A program made the translations under genes and the position numbers. From Planctomycetota bacterium (GTDB lineage: Bacteria > Planctomycetota > B15-G4), in NCBI GenBank assembly GCA_965248575.1, contig CBDFJQ010000002.1:2752001-2816000 (forward strand): 64,000 bases of DNA, written 5' to 3'. The stretch's first letter is position 1. The number at the start of each line of letters is the position of its first letter. Shown here in pieces: positions 48,475-58,131 of the stretch. A model generated the notes under the pieces. The model did no database searches. It worked only from the letters and a program-made list of their open reading frames with translations, and was not told where the DNA came from.

Positions 48475-49703
48475 GCGACTCGTTCCTCCGCCAGCGCATC
48501 CGTCAGGGCGCTTGCCAACAACTGGTACTGCTCCGCCTTGTTGTAGAGCTGCGCCGAAACACGCACCAGGCGATAGGGTGCCGCCGGAAAACTCGGGATC
48601 GGCACCTCGATGCGATGCTGCGTCCAGAGCTTGTCTTGCAGGGGCGAGGACTGCAACGGCGACCGGTTCTTGCCGCTCGGGTCGATGCGCAAGGGCTCGG
48701 GGGGCAAGGGCACGGCTGCCATGGACCCGATCATGTCCTGGGGAGCGGGCTCCTCGATGCACAGGGCCGCGCACAAGATGGCTTGGGCTGCCAAGGCCTT
48801 CGCCCGATTGCTGGCCATCACCGCCGGCCAACCCCCGTCCACCAAGCCAGCCATGGCGTCGATGGCGGCGGGGACGCAGAGCCAGGCCGTGGGGTCGGCC
48901 GTGCCCGTCCAATCGAACTCGAGCCAGTAGCGCGAGCGATCACTGCGCGGGCTGTTCGCACCGTGGCTGATGACCAACGGGCGCATCGCGTCCCGCCGGT
49001 CCTCGCGCACTGAGAGGAAGGCCGCGCCCTTGGGTGCGCACATCCACTTGTGGCAATGGCCGACGTAGTAGGGCAGGTCGAGGGCCTTCAGATCCAAGGG
49101 CAACATGCCCGGTGCGTGGGCCCCGTCCACGAGCAGGTCGACGCCTCGGGTGCGCAGCTCGTGGGCCACGCGCTCCACGGGCAAGACCAGCGCCGTGGGG
49201 CTCGTGACGTGGTCCATCAACACCAACTTGGTGCGATCACTCAACGCCTCGAGCACCGCCTGCACCACCTGTTCGGAGGTTTGGACAGGCCACGGCACGG
49301 GCGCCACCACGACCTTGGCCCCTACCCCCTCCGCCACGGCCAGGGCGGCGTTCGTGCAGGCGTTGTAGCCATGGTCCAGCACGACGATCTCGTCGCCCAC
49401 CTGAAACTCCAGGCCGCGCAGGATCGTATTCACCCCCGTGGTGGGGTTGGACACGAAGGCCAGCCCCTCGGCGTCCGCGTTCAAGAACTGGGCAAGACGG
49501 GTACGGGCTTCATCCAGAAGCGGTTCGTAGGAGCGCAACATGAAGTCCATGGGATTGCGCTCGAGACGGGCCCGCAGCTCCTGCTGCTCGGCCAGCACCT
49601 CGCGTGGACAGGCACCGAACGACCCGTGGTTGAGGAAGACGATGTCCGGGTCGAGGGACCACGCGGAATGGAGGTCGTCAGCAGGCAAGGCGGGTGGACT
49701 CAT
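48471..49703 (-). CDS. Class V PLP-dependent enzyme (isopenicillin N epimerase / C-S lyase-like)
   Basis: FLNHGSFGACP, DHVTSPTA, VDGAHAPG, HKWMCAPKG, WTGTAD, RVSAQLYN. Confidence 0.88.
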   Translation of the reverse strand: MSPPALPADDLHSAWSLDPDIVFLNHGSFGACPREVLAEQQELRARLERNPMDFMLRSYEPLLDEARTRLAQFLNADAEGLAFVSNPTTGVNTILRGLEFQVGDEIVVLDHGYNACTNAALAVAEGVGAKVVVAPVPWPVQTSEQVVQAVLEALSDRTKLVLMDHVTSPTALVLPVERVAHELRTRGVDLLVDGAHAPGMLPLDLKALDLPYYVGHCHKWMCAPKGAAFLSVREDRRDAMRPLVISHGANSPRSDRSRYWLEFDWTGTADPTAWLCVPAAIDAMAGLVDGGWPAVMASNRAKALAAQAILCAALCIEEPAPQDMIGSMAAVPLPPEPLRIDPSGKNRSPLQSSPLQDKLWTQHRIEVPIPSFPAAPYRLVRVSAQLYNKAEQYQLLASALTDALAEERVA

Positions 49704-49839
49704 GGAGCGATTGGACACGGTGGGCTGGCACACGTCCAGAGGCACACGCGCCGCATTGCCCTCACCTGTCCGCCGTCGCGCCGCTTCAGCCGCGTGTTCG
49801 CGCGCCCTTTCCGCTACCTTCCATGACGAATGGACCGCC

Positions 49840-50172
49840 ATGACCGCTGACGCCACGCCCCCCGCCGAGCCCCCACCGACCTGGTGGGTCTATGTGCTGC
49901 GCCGGTCCGACGGGGCGCTGTACACGGGCATTGCCACCGACGTCACGCGGCGCCTGGCCGAACATGAAGCGGGCGAGGGGCGCGGGTCAAAGGCCCTCCG
50001 TGGTCGCGGCCCGCTCTCGCTCGAAGTCTCACGAGAGGTGGGCGATCGCAGCCTCGCCACCCGGGTCGAAGCACGCCTCAAGCGCTTGCCCAAAGCCCGC
50101 AAGGAGCTCTGGCTCAAGGAAGGTCGCCTCATCGAACGCGTGCTCGAGGCCTTGGGCGCCGACTCTCCCTGA
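49840..50172 (+). CDS. Small GIY-YIG nuclease (UPF0213/YhbQ-like)
   Basis: WVYVLRRSDGALYTGIATDVTRRLAEH..G.GSKALRGRGP...E.RLK.L.K..K. Confidence 0.9.
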   Translation: MTADATPPAEPPPTWWVYVLRRSDGALYTGIATDVTRRLAEHEAGEGRGSKALRGRGPLSLEVSREVGDRSLATRVEARLKRLPKARKELWLKEGRLIERVLEALGADSP

Positions 50173-50254
50173 GGGAGACCTCCTGCCTGGGCTTCCCATC
50201 AAGGGCACCCCATGGGTTTAGGCTGCCCGACCGTGCCCGCCGATAAGGAGCGGC

Positions 50255-52033
50255 GTGAACACACCACCCTCCAGCCGCTCCGGCGTTCATTCCACCTTCC
50301 TCGCCGGGCTGCTGCTGGCACTGGTGGTTGCCGCCGTCTTTGCCGGCACGGTGCGCGCGCCCTTCGTGTTCGACGACATCGTTTCGTTGGTGATCAACCC
50401 GCACCTCGAGCAGCTCTGGCCGCCGGACGCCTCGCTGTGGGCCACGGAGCAATCCACCCTGGCCGGACGACCGGTGGTGGCCTTCACCTTTGCCGTGGAC
50501 TACGCCCTCGGTGAGCTGAGCCCCTTCGGCTACCACGTGGTGAACATCGCGCTGCATGCCTTGAACGCCTGCTTGGTGTTCGCGCTGCTGTGCAGGCTGC
50601 TGGGTGCCAGGCGCACCCGCGTGGCCTTCGCTGCGGCTCTGCTCTGGGCCCTGCACCCTCTGCAGACGGAGGCCGTGACCTACGTTGTGCAGCGCACGGA
50701 ACTGCTCTCCGCTGCGTTCATCCTGGGCTGTCTCCTGGCTGCCTTGCGCGGCTTCAACAGCATGCGACGCGGAGGCTGGTTCACGCTCTCCGCACTCTGC
50801 TGTCTGGCTGGCGTCGGCACCAAGGAAAGTGTCGTCGTGGCCCCGGTGCTCGTGCTGCTCTTGGACCGCACTCTCAACGGTGACACCTTCCGCAACAGCT
50901 TCCGCCGCAGCCGTCGTCTCTACTACGGCCTTGCCCTGTCCTGGGTCGCCTTGGGCGCGCTCATGCTGCAGGCGCCACGCGGCGATTCGGTGGGTTTCCA
51001 TCTGGGCGTGAGTGCCTGGACCTGGGCCTGCACGCAAGCGGAGGTCCTGGTCCACTACATGCGCCTGGCCCTGTGGCCGTTCCCGCTCGCGCTGAGTTAC
51101 GAATGGCCCCTGGCCGAGGGACTCGGTCAGGTCTGGCCCTCGGCCCTGGCCATCGTCGCCTTGCTCGGCGTCACGGTCTGGGGCCTCAGCAAGCGCTCCC
51201 CCTGGGCCTTGGCCGGTGCCTGGTTCTTCATCCTGCTGGCACCGACATCGAGTGTCGTGCCCATCGTGACCGAGGTCGCAGCTGAGCGGCGCATGTACCT
51301 GCCATTGCTCGCGCTGCTTGTTCCGGCCGTGCTCGGGCTGAACAGCTTGTTGCAGACAGCCGCCCGCCGGCTCCCCGCGGGCTCCCAGGCCACCGCCCCT
51401 CGCAGCGCGGCGGCGCGGCTCGTCTCCCCCGTGGCTGTACTCGGGCTCGCACTGCTCGCAGGTATCCCCACCCTGCAACGCATCGAAACCTGGAGTAGCG
51501 CTGAGCAACTCTGGCGAGACACGGTGGAGGCACGGCCCGAAAACTCCATGGCGCACTTCATGCTCGCCAACACCCTCAAGATCGAGAAGCGCTACGAGGA
51601 GGCGTTGCCTTTCTACGAGCACGCCCTGGAGCTCAAGCCCCGCGACTTCAAGACGCTCGTCAACATGGGCAACTGCCAACAGTCTGCCGGCCTGCTCGAG
51701 GCCGCGGAACGCACCCAGCGTCGGGCCATCGCGCTGCATCCAGAGGTCGCCGTGGCCCACCTGAACCTGGCCATCACCCTCTTCTTCGCGAACCGGGCTG
51801 CGGACGCCATCCCCTCCCTGCGCCGCTGCGTCGAACTCGAACCGGACACCATGGACCACAGGTGTCTGCTGGCCTCCACCCTGATCAACCGGGGAGTGCG
51901 GCTGCCGGAGGCCCGCAACCAACTCGAGCTGGTGCTGCGCCGGAACCCCGCGGACGTGCGAGCCCAGCTCATCATGGAACGGCTGCAGACCGCCGAGTTC
52001 CTGCAGAACGTCCCCCCGCAGCGTTCGCGCTGA
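50255..52033 (+). CDS. TMTC-like GT-C membrane protein with C-terminal TPRs
   Basis: FVFDD, YHVVNIALH, LHPLQTEAVTYVVQRTELL, KE, AERRMYLP; TPR helices at the C-terminus; AAGGAG RBS. Confidence 0.85.
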   Translation: MNTPPSSRSGVHSTFLAGLLLALVVAAVFAGTVRAPFVFDDIVSLVINPHLEQLWPPDASLWATEQSTLAGRPVVAFTFAVDYALGELSPFGYHVVNIALHALNACLVFALLCRLLGARRTRVAFAAALLWALHPLQTEAVTYVVQRTELLSAAFILGCLLAALRGFNSMRRGGWFTLSALCCLAGVGTKESVVVAPVLVLLLDRTLNGDTFRNSFRRSRRLYYGLALSWVALGALMLQAPRGDSVGFHLGVSAWTWACTQAEVLVHYMRLALWPFPLALSYEWPLAEGLGQVWPSALAIVALLGVTVWGLSKRSPWALAGAWFFILLAPTSSVVPIVTEVAAERRMYLPLLALLVPAVLGLNSLLQTAARRLPAGSQATAPRSAAARLVSPVAVLGLALLAGIPTLQRIETWSSAEQLWRDTVEARPENSMAHFMLANTLKIEKRYEEALPFYEHALELKPRDFKTLVNMGNCQQSAGLLEAAERTQRRAIALHPEVAVAHLNLAITLFFANRAADAIPSLRRCVELEPDTMDHRCLLASTLINRGVRLPEARNQLELVLRRNPADVRAQLIMERLQTAEFLQNVPPQRSR

Positions 52034-52233
52034 CCGCCTCTCTGAAGGTCTCGCGACGCCACGAACGAGCAGGCGTGGGTCGCTTCCTCGTTGCTGTTCG
52101 TGTCGCGCCGAAGGCACGAAGTTCATTCTTTCTGGTCTTCGATTGAAGTCCTGGGGAACGCGGTTTCTGCAGCTTGAGAGAGGGCTATACTCCCCAGTCC
52201 TCCTGCGACTGTTGCCTCACCCGTATTGCCTCC

Positions 52234-52869
52234 ATGACCTACCCAACAACCCATGCCAGTGCTGCAAACGCCTCAGCGGCGCAGGCAGGGGGGGCGCAAC
52301 CGACCGATGGCTCGGAGCACACGGAAGACCTCAACCTCGCGCGACAGGCCTTGGAGGGCTCCGCTCTCGCATGCCAGGAGTTCGCGGTCCGCATGACGTG
52401 CGTGCCGCGCATGCTGGCCGCCCGCAATGCGCGCCTCAGTCATCCCTTCAGCAAGGAAGACCTCGAGGACCTCACGCAGGACACCCTGGTCTCCATCTGG
52501 AAGCGTCTCGACAGCTATGCGGGTCGGGCATCCCTCGAAACCTGGGCTTTCCAGTTCTGCCGCCATCAGGTCGCCAACCGGCTGCGTGCGCGAGGCCGCC
52601 GACCACGCCATGTCAGCGACGAGTCCATCGACTCCACGCACGATGTGGTGGGCCAGTTCATGGACTACGAAGAGGTGCACCAAGCTATCGACCGGGTGGA
52701 ATCCCGCGATGCCCAGGTCATCCGGCTCAAGCACTTCGACCATCAGACCTTTGATCAGATCGGCAACGCCCTGGCCATCTCACCGAACACGGCCAAATCC
52801 CGCTACTACAGGGCCCTGAACCGGCTGCGGGAGCTGCTGAGCCCAGCTCCCAAGGGGCTGCCGTCGTGA
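52234..52869 (+). CDS. ECF RNA polymerase sigma factor
   Basis: LEDLTQDTLVSIWKRLDSY.G..SLETW (region 2); TFDQIGNALAISPNTAKSRYYRALNRL (region 4). Confidence 0.92.
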   Translation: MTYPTTHASAANASAAQAGGAQPTDGSEHTEDLNLARQALEGSALACQEFAVRMTCVPRMLAARNARLSHPFSKEDLEDLTQDTLVSIWKRLDSYAGRASLETWAFQFCRHQVANRLRARGRRPRHVSDESIDSTHDVVGQFMDYEEVHQAIDRVESRDAQVIRLKHFDHQTFDQIGNALAISPNTAKSRYYRALNRLRELLSPAPKGLPS

Positions 52870-53573
52870 ACAACGATCCCACCCCAGGCCGCGACAAACA
52901 GGACGACCCCGATCTGGAAGAACTGCAGGGGCTACTCGATCAGATGGCCGCCGAAGAAGAAGAGTTGATGCGCGAGGCGCTCGCGGACGATCCGGCGCCC
53001 CATGTGGAGCGCGTGGCGCAGATCCTCGCCGCCGCACGCGCGACGGATGCCACGGCAGCGCCTGAATCAGCTGCACCCGACGCGGATGCACCAGCACCGG
53101 CAGGACAAGCCCCAACGGCACCTGTGGCGCCAGGCAGGTCAGCGCTGCTCCGCCTCGCTCCGCTGCTCGCCGTCGCCGCCGCGCTCCTGCTGGGCTTTTT
53201 CCTGACGCGCGACGATGAGCAAGAACCGACCCCAGGTCCTGGCAGCGCCCTGCTGGGACAGGACTCCGCGCGACTGCTGCACCCGGTCGGAAACGTCGGA
53301 TCGGCTGAAAGCCTCACGAGCGTCCGCTGGGACTTCCCCCGGGCTGCGCCGGCCTGGACCTACCGTGCGCGCCTCATCGACCCCACTTTGTCGGGCCAAT
53401 CCGCCATACTCGCTGCCAGTGTCGAGCTCGGCATCAGCTCCTGGCTCGTTCCACCTTCAAGGCTCTCGGCGCCCGAGTCATGGCCAGCACGCGTGATCAT
53501 CGAGGTCCAAGCCTTCGCCGGCGGCGAGCTCCAGGACACGTTGACGCATGCGCTCGAGTTCTCCTCGCCCTAG
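52866..53573 (+). CDS. Single-pass membrane protein, putative anti-sigma factor
   Basis: GTGA overlap with the sigma gene; acidic helical N-terminus, Ala/Pro linker, TM helix (LAPLLAVAAALLLGFFL), ~105-aa beta-rich C-domain. Confidence 0.7.
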   Translation: MNNDPTPGRDKQDDPDLEELQGLLDQMAAEEEELMREALADDPAPHVERVAQILAAARATDATAAPESAAPDADAPAPAGQAPTAPVAPGRSALLRLAPLLAVAAALLLGFFLTRDDEQEPTPGPGSALLGQDSARLLHPVGNVGSAESLTSVRWDFPRAAPAWTYRARLIDPTLSGQSAILAASVELGISSWLVPPSRLSAPESWPARVIIEVQAFAGGELQDTLTHALEFSSP

Positions 53574-56023
53574 GCCTCGCTGCGACTCCGTGCGCAGCAC
53601 TGCCCACGGGCTTCAGCACTCCGGCAATGGTCCAGGACGGACACTCCGAGGCTGAGTCCACAACGCAGGACGAGGCGCAGCCACCAGCAGTCCAGGTCAC
53701 TGGCAATGCGGCCGCCACCGAAGCTTCCGAGTCGGCGACCCAACTGGTCTCAGAGGGTCGGCACGAAGACGCCCTTCAAGCCCTCGCCTCCGTCCTCACA
53801 CGAGACGACGTGCCTGCGAAGTGGCGCCCCTACCTCACCAACCGCGCCGCCCAGTTGGAGATCTTCCTCGAGCGACCGCGGTCCGCCCTCGCCCGGCTGG
53901 ACGAACTCGAGTCGCTGCTCGGGGACAGCCTGTCCGACCTGCGCTCCGCCGCTTACGCCTACGGGCAACGAAGCCTCCTCTACCGCAAGTGGGGCCTGCT
54001 GGACCTCGCACAACACTGGCTTGACCGCGAACTCCTGCTGATCGAAAAGCTGAAGCTCGGCCACGGCGACCAATGGTTCGACAAGGCTGGCTTCGAGTGG
54101 ATCTCCGCCAACGAACATCAGGCGGGGCAGATGCTGGCCCGGGGCGACCACCGAGGCCTGGAGGCGCTCGTCGAACGCGCCCTGGAGAGCGGTCATTATG
54201 ACAACCGCCCGGAGTATCGGGCCATGCTTCAAAGCCGACTGGCCATCGGCCTCGCCGACGCCGAACTCGACGACCCGAAGCTCCCACGCAAAGCAGCGGG
54301 GCTGCTCGAAGAGGTGCTGGCCGCCCTGGCGCCTAGCCAACAGTCGGAGCGGGTGCGCATGGAGACCCTGTTGGCTGAGCTGGCCTTGCGCAGGCATGAC
54401 CTCGCAGCCAGCCAAGCATGGCTCGACCGAGCAGCGGAGCACATGGGTGCCACCGAGAAGGAGCAGGGCGCTCATCCGGGCAGTTCGTTCTGGACGACCA
54501 TCGCAACGCGCCTCGCCCTCGACTCCGGGGCTCCGACGGCGGAGCTGGTGGCCTGGGACTCGCGCCTGCGCAGCGCCTACCAGATCTTCCTCGACCAATG
54601 GAGACAGATCGAACCTCGCGAGGGCGGCTACGGCATGCTGCACCTCAGCACGATGCGCGCCCTGCTCAGCGAACTGATCCGCCTCTCGCTTGCCCTGCAT
54701 GGCCAGCAGCGTGGCAGCGAAGAGTGCCTGCGATTACTGATGCGGGCCCAGGCCCTCGGCGGCCTCTCCCGTTCCGCATCTCAAGCCTTGCCGACGCTCG
54801 AAGTCTTGCGCGACACGCTGCTGGGGTCGGAGGATGCGGGCCTGCTGATCTACCTCCCGACTCCGCTGCGCACGCACCTCTTCGTGCTCGACTCCAGCTC
54901 GCTCCAGTGCGTCGAGCTGGCGAGCCGAGATGTCATCGAGGCCCAACGCCAACGCCTGGTGGGTCGGCTCATGCGACCCGAAGAGGGGGCCTCAGCCGTC
55001 GAGGAAGCCGCGGGCCAGCGGGCTGAGCTCGCGGGTCTGCTGATCCCCTCCCAACTCGTCGCACAGGTGGCGTCCTGGAAACACCTGACGGTCGTTGGCG
55101 CGGACCTGCTCGGCGAGCTGCCCTTCGAGTCCTTGCCCCTGGGCGACGCGCCCTTCCTGGGAGTGAGCCACGCGCTCTCCTATCTGCCGTCGCTCCCCTT
55201 CGGAGTGGAGCTGGGGCGAACCACCCTCGCGCAGCACCGCCCAGGGGACGAACGACCCGTGGCGTGGATCTTCTCCGCTCCGCCGCTGAGCCCGGCTGCC
55301 CGTGAACTCATGCCCGACCTGGCTCCTATCCCGCTGAGCACGGAACAGGCCCAAGAGCTGCTCGCCCCCTACGGCCCCACCGTGCGCACCCTCGCCGGAG
55401 AGCAGGCAAACCTCTCGGCCTTGAGTCAGGACTCTCTTGGCGCTGCGCGCGTCCTGCAGCTCTTCACCCACGGTGTGTACGACGCCCTCGCTGTGCGCCC
55501 CGCCCGACTCATGTTGGCCGCCGAGTCCGAGCACGACGGACTGCTGCGCGCCTCCGAAATCGAGCAGCTGCTCTCGCCGCCACCGGTGGTGCTGCTGACG
55601 GCATGCCGGACAGGCCGCGGCCCCCGGCGCTATGGCGACCCCGGAAGCACCGACCTCTCGGGAGCCTTCCTCAGCGCAGGTGCCCGAAGTGTCGTGCTCT
55701 CGTCCTTCGATCTCGATGCCGAAGCTGCCCGCCGCCTCTCGCTGGAGTTCCATCGCGCGCTAGCTGATGGAAGCTCGGTGGCAGAGGCCATGCGCAGCTC
55801 ACGGGAGAAGCTCGCCGCAGACCCTCGCTTCGCAGATCCCTTCTATCACTCCTTGCTGCACGTCGTCGGCCGCGGCGACGACGCGCTCTTCCCCGCGAAG
55901 CTACGAGCCCGCAGCCCCTGGTGGGTGGCCCCTTGGTTCACCAGCACAGCGAGCCTTGGGCTCGTGCTCCTGCTCTGGGCGCTGTCGCGCATGGCCCAAC
56001 GCAGGCGTCGAGCCGCAGCTTAG
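53480..56023 (+). CDS. TPR-CHAT (caspase-like, clan CD) protease with a C-terminal membrane anchor
   Basis: Helical repeats, then LPFESL, LQLFTHG (His), DGLLRASEI, VLLTACRTG (Cys), AFLSAGARSVVLS, PFY; C-terminal TM helix and RRRR. Start uncertain (53480 with signal peptide, or 53627 without). Confidence 0.88.
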   Translation: MASTRDHRGPSLRRRRAPGHVDACARVLLALGLAATPCAALPTGFSTPAMVQDGHSEAESTTQDEAQPPAVQVTGNAAATEASESATQLVSEGRHEDALQALASVLTRDDVPAKWRPYLTNRAAQLEIFLERPRSALARLDELESLLGDSLSDLRSAAYAYGQRSLLYRKWGLLDLAQHWLDRELLLIEKLKLGHGDQWFDKAGFEWISANEHQAGQMLARGDHRGLEALVERALESGHYDNRPEYRAMLQSRLAIGLADAELDDPKLPRKAAGLLEEVLAALAPSQQSERVRMETLLAELALRRHDLAASQAWLDRAAEHMGATEKEQGAHPGSSFWTTIATRLALDSGAPTAELVAWDSRLRSAYQIFLDQWRQIEPREGGYGMLHLSTMRALLSELIRLSLALHGQQRGSEECLRLLMRAQALGGLSRSASQALPTLEVLRDTLLGSEDAGLLIYLPTPLRTHLFVLDSSSLQCVELASRDVIEAQRQRLVGRLMRPEEGASAVEEAAGQRAELAGLLIPSQLVAQVASWKHLTVVGADLLGELPFESLPLGDAPFLGVSHALSYLPSLPFGVELGRTTLAQHRPGDERPVAWIFSAPPLSPAARELMPDLAPIPLSTEQAQELLAPYGPTVRTLAGEQANLSALSQDSLGAARVLQLFTHGVYDALAVRPARLMLAAESEHDGLLRASEIEQLLSPPPVVLLTACRTGRGPRRYGDPGSTDLSGAFLSAGARSVVLSSFDLDAEAARRLSLEFHRALADGSSVAEAMRSSREKLAADPRFADPFYHSLLHVVGRGDDALFPAKLRARSPWWVAPWFTSTASLGLVLLLWALSRMAQRRRRAAA

Positions 56024-57744
56024 GTGTTGCCGCGCACAGCGGCTTCTTCTTCCGCATCAGGGGGAGTAGGGCCGGTGCCCAGGAAGCCCTCAGGCTCGTT
56101 TTCGTCAGGGCCGGTTCCGTAAGTCAGCGACAGGCTTTCGATCCCCGGGAGTTGCTGGAAGTCGTCGTAGGTGTCCTGGCTGCCGAACAAGCCCACGAGG
56201 CTCGGCCCCTTCCTCACGACCAGGCCTGAGCCGTCGACGATGACCTGGCGAACCACGACCGTGTAGATGTCGTCGAAGCTCTCGCTCGTCTGGTCCAAGG
56301 AGAAGGGGTAGGGGTTGCCTGAGAAGACGAAGGGCCCGCTGAGGTGTAGCGGTTCCGCGCCCGTCGTGCTCCCCAGGGAATCGGCCTTCCAGACGGAGAC
56401 CATGGCCTTCGTGCTGAACCCGACGGCGGGAACCAGCGGTTGAGCTGCTGGCTCGAGATCGACCCACAGCCAGTAGCCGCCCAACTCGATGTGCGGCCCC
56501 ATGGTTCCGCCGCCAGCGTCGAACTGCTCTTGCTCGTGATCAAACTGTTCGTCCCCGCGCACGAAGATCACTTCGCTGAGCCTCTGGTTCACCAACTGAC
56601 CGCCAGCGTAGGTGCCCTGGGCGGGGGCCAGCAGGTCGTCATCTCCATCATGGTCGAAGTCCGCCACGGCCACACTGGTCTGGTTGACAGCTGCGTTCCT
56701 CGGTTGCTTGCCGAAGGCAATGTCCTCCCGACCCGCAGGAAGCACGAAGGTTGAAGTGAATCCCCCTTCGCTGGGCGAGATGTAGCGCAAGCTCACAAGC
56801 TCCGGAGCAGACTGGATGCTCAGCACGACATCCGTATCCCCATCCCCGTCCTGATCCCAGGTCGTGAGATTCACGACACCCAGGCTGCCGATGTTGATGG
56901 GGGCTGCGAGCCCTGTCTCGTCCGCCAGGAAGATGGACTCGGTGAGGCCGCCGTCCATGCTCGTCACTAGGCACAGCCGCTCGATCCCTGAGATGCCCGT
57001 GACCGGAGTAGCGATCATGGGCCAGGCCATCCACATCAGGGAGGTCAGGAAGGTGCCATCACTGTCGAAGACCTCGATACCGTAGTCGCTGACCACGACA
57101 ATCTCGGACTGGGCGTCGGGCGTTGCGGCCATTGAGTCCCAGTCCAGGAGGTGCACTTCTCGAGCGGGAAGGCCTGAGTTCGTCTGCAAGACGAGGGTGC
57201 TGGCAAAGCCTCCGAGCCCGTCGCTCAAGGCCACCAGGATCTCCGTCGAGGAGGCCCCACTTCCGAGGGCCACGATGTCATGACCGTCCACCCCGTTCAG
57301 TTCGCCGACCCGGACCTTGCGAGCACCGAGCCAGGGCCCGACATCGGTTGAGCTGATGTTCCAGGACTCTCCAGCGCTATTCCACCCCAACAACTCCAGC
57401 CCCGCAGAGCCCACCACGACCAAGCCATCGCGCCCGTCAGCGAGCGCACCCGGGAGCACGGCCATGTCATTCACGGACGCGCTGTATCCACCATTCACGC
57501 GGGTGCGAAAGACCTCCGGCTCCATGAGCAACACCAGCTCGTCGTCATCCAAGAAGACCGCATCGGAGTGCAGCACGCTGGTGAACTGACCGGCGTAGAT
57601 GGCGCGGAACTGGGCGTCGCCAAGGGCTGGAATGACGCCGGGAGGCGATCCGTACTGCGAGCCAGTCATCTGGGAGACGACCGGTGAGCAGACGACGGCG
57701 AACAGCATCGCCATGCGCAAAAGTGGGAACCGAATAACAAGCAT
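56020..57744 (-). CDS. Secreted FG-GAP/VCBS-like repeat (beta-propeller) protein
   Basis: Signal peptide; GELNGVDGHDIV, WDQDGDGDTDVV, ADFDHDGDDDLL Ca-binding repeats; stop overlaps the CHAT stop. Confidence 0.8.
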   Translation of the reverse strand: MLVIRFPLLRMAMLFAVVCSPVVSQMTGSQYGSPPGVIPALGDAQFRAIYAGQFTSVLHSDAVFLDDDELVLLMEPEVFRTRVNGGYSASVNDMAVLPGALADGRDGLVVVGSAGLELLGWNSAGESWNISSTDVGPWLGARKVRVGELNGVDGHDIVALGSGASSTEILVALSDGLGGFASTLVLQTNSGLPAREVHLLDWDSMAATPDAQSEIVVVSDYGIEVFDSDGTFLTSLMWMAWPMIATPVTGISGIERLCLVTSMDGGLTESIFLADETGLAAPINIGSLGVVNLTTWDQDGDGDTDVVLSIQSAPELVSLRYISPSEGGFTSTFVLPAGREDIAFGKQPRNAAVNQTSVAVADFDHDGDDDLLAPAQGTYAGGQLVNQRLSEVIFVRGDEQFDHEQEQFDAGGGTMGPHIELGGYWLWVDLEPAAQPLVPAVGFSTKAMVSVWKADSLGSTTGAEPLHLSGPFVFSGNPYPFSLDQTSESFDDIYTVVVRQVIVDGSGLVVRKGPSLVGLFGSQDTYDDFQQLPGIESLSLTYGTGPDENEPEGFLGTGPTPPDAEEEAAVRGNT

Positions 57745-58131
57745 GAGTAGCGTCCGGGTGATTGGGAAACGGTTGGAACAGTGTACCGGCCATTCGGCGC
57801 GAGGTGACGTTTCCGAGGCCGCCGACGACTCCAATCTGAAGCGGGGCATCACCCTTTTTGTAGCGTTGTATTTCCTTGAACTCTGCTCGCTGTCCACGAC
57901 ACATACCCCCTGTGAGGGGGAGTTGTGCGCTTGGCCCTTTCGGCCCTTCCCCAGTGCAGCTCGAAGCACGAATTGCATGAACCCTGCAGAGGGTTGGAGA
58001 CACGCACAAAGGAAACTCATGCGATGTCCGTGTGTGGCCATCGCTCCCTGCTCCCATGGCCGCTCGGGTGCGGGGGCGGTTCCGTCGTTCATCCAAGCGC
58101 CTTGCCCCACTCACTCCGAATTGGAACAGCA

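Noticed and set aside
49840..50172. GIY-YIG gene as a homing endonuclease or mobile element
   Set aside because: It is the small stand-alone UPF0213 type, with no intron context or DNA-binding extension.
52141..52195. Promoter for the ECF-CHAT operon (GGAAC and TATACT elements)
   Set aside because: The elements do not form a correctly spaced pair; too weak to call.
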